Made by a program: the position numbers and the translations under genes
The notes under the pieces: model-generated
The model's input: only the letters and a program-made list of their open reading frames with translations
Databases searched by the model: none
What the model was told of the DNA's origin: nothing
Source: a virus
Taxonomy: Monodnaviria > Loebvirae > Hofneiviricota > Faserviricetes > Tubulavirales > Inoviridae
Virus record (IMG/VR): IMGVR_UViG_2563366954_000001
Strand: one strand, 5' to 3'
DNA: 9,059 nucleotides
Part shown: positions 7,871-9,059 of the stretch, in pieces
Layout: each line of letters starts with the position of its first letter
Numbering within the stretch: position 1 is the stretch's first letter

Positions 7871-8974
7871 ATGAGAAAAAAGATGCCGGACTTGATTACT
7901 GATACATTGAAAGTAGTTACTTCTTTTTTTGTGGCATTAGTCCTCAATAAGTTTTTATCTATATTTAGGAAAAGACAACTTTACTTATCCTGTTGGAACT
8001 CCTTGAGTAAAACCTCAATATCTGACAATGCAATAGTAATAAATGCATCAGTATTTAATAAAGGTAAGGATAAAGAAAAAAATGTAGAAATAAAAGTCCC
8101 AAACGGTATGTCTTGTACTGTAATTGCAAGTGATCATGATGCAACTACCGAAGGTTCTTTTGTGAAGATAGATAGAATATTAGCAAATAAAAAAATATCC
8201 ATGGTGCTCTTGATTGAAGGAACAAGAGTTCTTGATAAAAGTACCATGCCTTCCATAAGATCAGAAGATACTGACGGGAAAACATACCTTTCAAAAGACT
8301 CAGTGCCACCGAGTGCAGGTTCTTTTATTTTAGGCGGTGCTATTTTTGCTGCATTTTTCAGTTATATGGTCATCAGTATCCAAACAGAAGACAACCCTCT
8401 CGCGGGCCCATTGAAAGCATATAACTACATGATTTATAACAATATGTACAATTCTGGACTTTCGATTAATCCTATAGGTAATGGACTGATAACTGAAAAT
8501 TACAATCTAAGAGCGAATGAATACCCTATTGAAATAATAGATGCCAAGATAGAAAAAAATCAAATAATGTTCAAATTTAGAATAATTAATAAAACATCAG
8601 AAGCACTGAAAGTTTCAGGCGGATGGAGAATATATAAAAACTTTCAATATATTTCCGAACATGTTGATACATTTGATTATAAAGATGAAAAGAAAAGAGA
8701 AGAAGAAGAAATAAGGGTGTATAAGAAATACAATGTGGAATTTGTTAATGATAATGGATATCTTATGGAAAAACCGAAAGAAAGGGTTGAAGTTCCTGCA
8801 AATTCAGTTGGCTATATTATAATAAACAGAAAATACTCTCCAAGCATTACTTATAATGACCTAAACATCGAGTTTAACTTTAGTGGTGGTTCAGGTGAAA
8901 TATACCAAGAAGCAGATATGCTTTTTACAGCTAAGAATTCTAATATAAGCAGTACTATATTAGACAAGAAATAA
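7871..8974 (+). CDS. Hypothetical AT-rich protein with two predicted TM segments (367 aa); function unknown (candidate phage accessory/moron gene)
   Basis: Long uninterrupted ORF in a markedly AT-rich segment. N-terminal hydrophobic segment (VVTSFFVALVLNKFLSIF) and a second TM (GSFILGGAIFAAFFSYMVISI). Lys/Asn/Ile-rich soluble regions. No motif I can assign to a known family. Confidence 0.6.
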   Translation: MRKKMPDLITDTLKVVTSFFVALVLNKFLSIFRKRQLYLSCWNSLSKTSISDNAIVINASVFNKGKDKEKNVEIKVPNGMSCTVIASDHDATTEGSFVKIDRILANKKISMVLLIEGTRVLDKSTMPSIRSEDTDGKTYLSKDSVPPSAGSFILGGAIFAAFFSYMVISIQTEDNPLAGPLKAYNYMIYNNMYNSGLSINPIGNGLITENYNLRANEYPIEIIDAKIEKNQIMFKFRIINKTSEALKVSGGWRIYKNFQYISEHVDTFDYKDEKKREEEEIRVYKKYNVEFVNDNGYLMEKPKERVEVPANSVGYIIINRKYSPSITYNDLNIEFNFSGGSGEIYQEADMLFTAKNSNISSTILDKK

Positions 8975-8980
8975 TTAATT

Positions 8981-9007
8981 GGTTCGCACAATGACGTTAT
9001 GCTAAAG
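8981..9007 (+). other. Degenerate dif-like site (site A): XerC-like arm, 5-nt central region, XerD-like arm
   Basis: GGTTCGCACAA-TGACG-TTATGCTAAAG versus E. coli dif GGTGCGCATAA-TGTATA-TTATGTTAAAT: 9/11 and 9/11 arm identities by hand alignment, with a non-canonical 5-nt spacer. Confidence 0.5.
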
Positions 9008-9043
9008 AGGCCGCTGCGGAGGCCATTTTCGCAGCGGCCTTTT
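9008..9043 (+). terminator. Perfect GC-rich hairpin (11-bp stem, 11-nt loop) followed by TTT; terminator for the cargo gene and/or apex of the folded attachment hairpin
   Basis: AGGCCGCTGCG (9008-9018) pairs exactly with CGCAGCGGCCT (9030-9040); TTT at 9041-9043. Confidence 0.6.
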
Positions 9044-9059
9044 CAACATAACGAGTCGC
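9041..9059 (-). other. Partial dif-like site (site B): XerD-like arm plus extended central region; completed by window positions 1-14 if the ends are joined
   Basis: Reverse complement of 9041-9059 followed by reverse complement of 1-14 gives GGTGCGCATAA-TGTGCGACTCG-TTATGTTGAAA: a perfect XerC arm, an 11-nt central region and a 9/11 XerD arm. It is inverted relative to site A. Confidence 0.45.

Noticed and set aside
8981-9059. Interpretation of the window-end dif-like sequences as a simple direct-repeat attL/attR pair
   Set aside because: Site A and the split site B are in inverted, not direct, orientation and sit on either side of one hairpin, which fits a folded CTXphi-type attP better than a direct-repeat pair.

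Overview
The window reads as a near-complete ~9 kb filamentous phage (inovirus) genome, most likely a prophage or IMEX that uses an enterobacterial-type dif/XerCD site. All calls rest on motifs, gene order and hand alignment; no database search was possible. The minus strand carries an Ff-like block in canonical order: replication initiator pII, a gV-position ssDNA-binding candidate, a small membrane ORF, major coat pVIII, a pIII-like adsorption protein, a pVI-like protein, a truncated pI/Zot-like protein and the pIV secretin. Beyond gIV lie two small ORFs and several hairpins. The plus strand carries a divergently transcribed XRE-type HTH regulator, a terminator, and a two-gene cargo region: a 4-TM protein and an AT-rich 367-aa two-TM protein of unknown function. 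The cargo region ends in a CTXphi-like attachment region: two inverted dif-like sites flank a perfect GC-rich hairpin, and one site is split across the window ends, which are therefore probably contiguous in the replicative form. The most interesting items are the unannotatable cargo module (candidate novel accessory or defence-like function), the composite attachment region, and the pI protein that lacks its ATPase core. No rRNA, tRNA, CRISPR array or IS element was seen.
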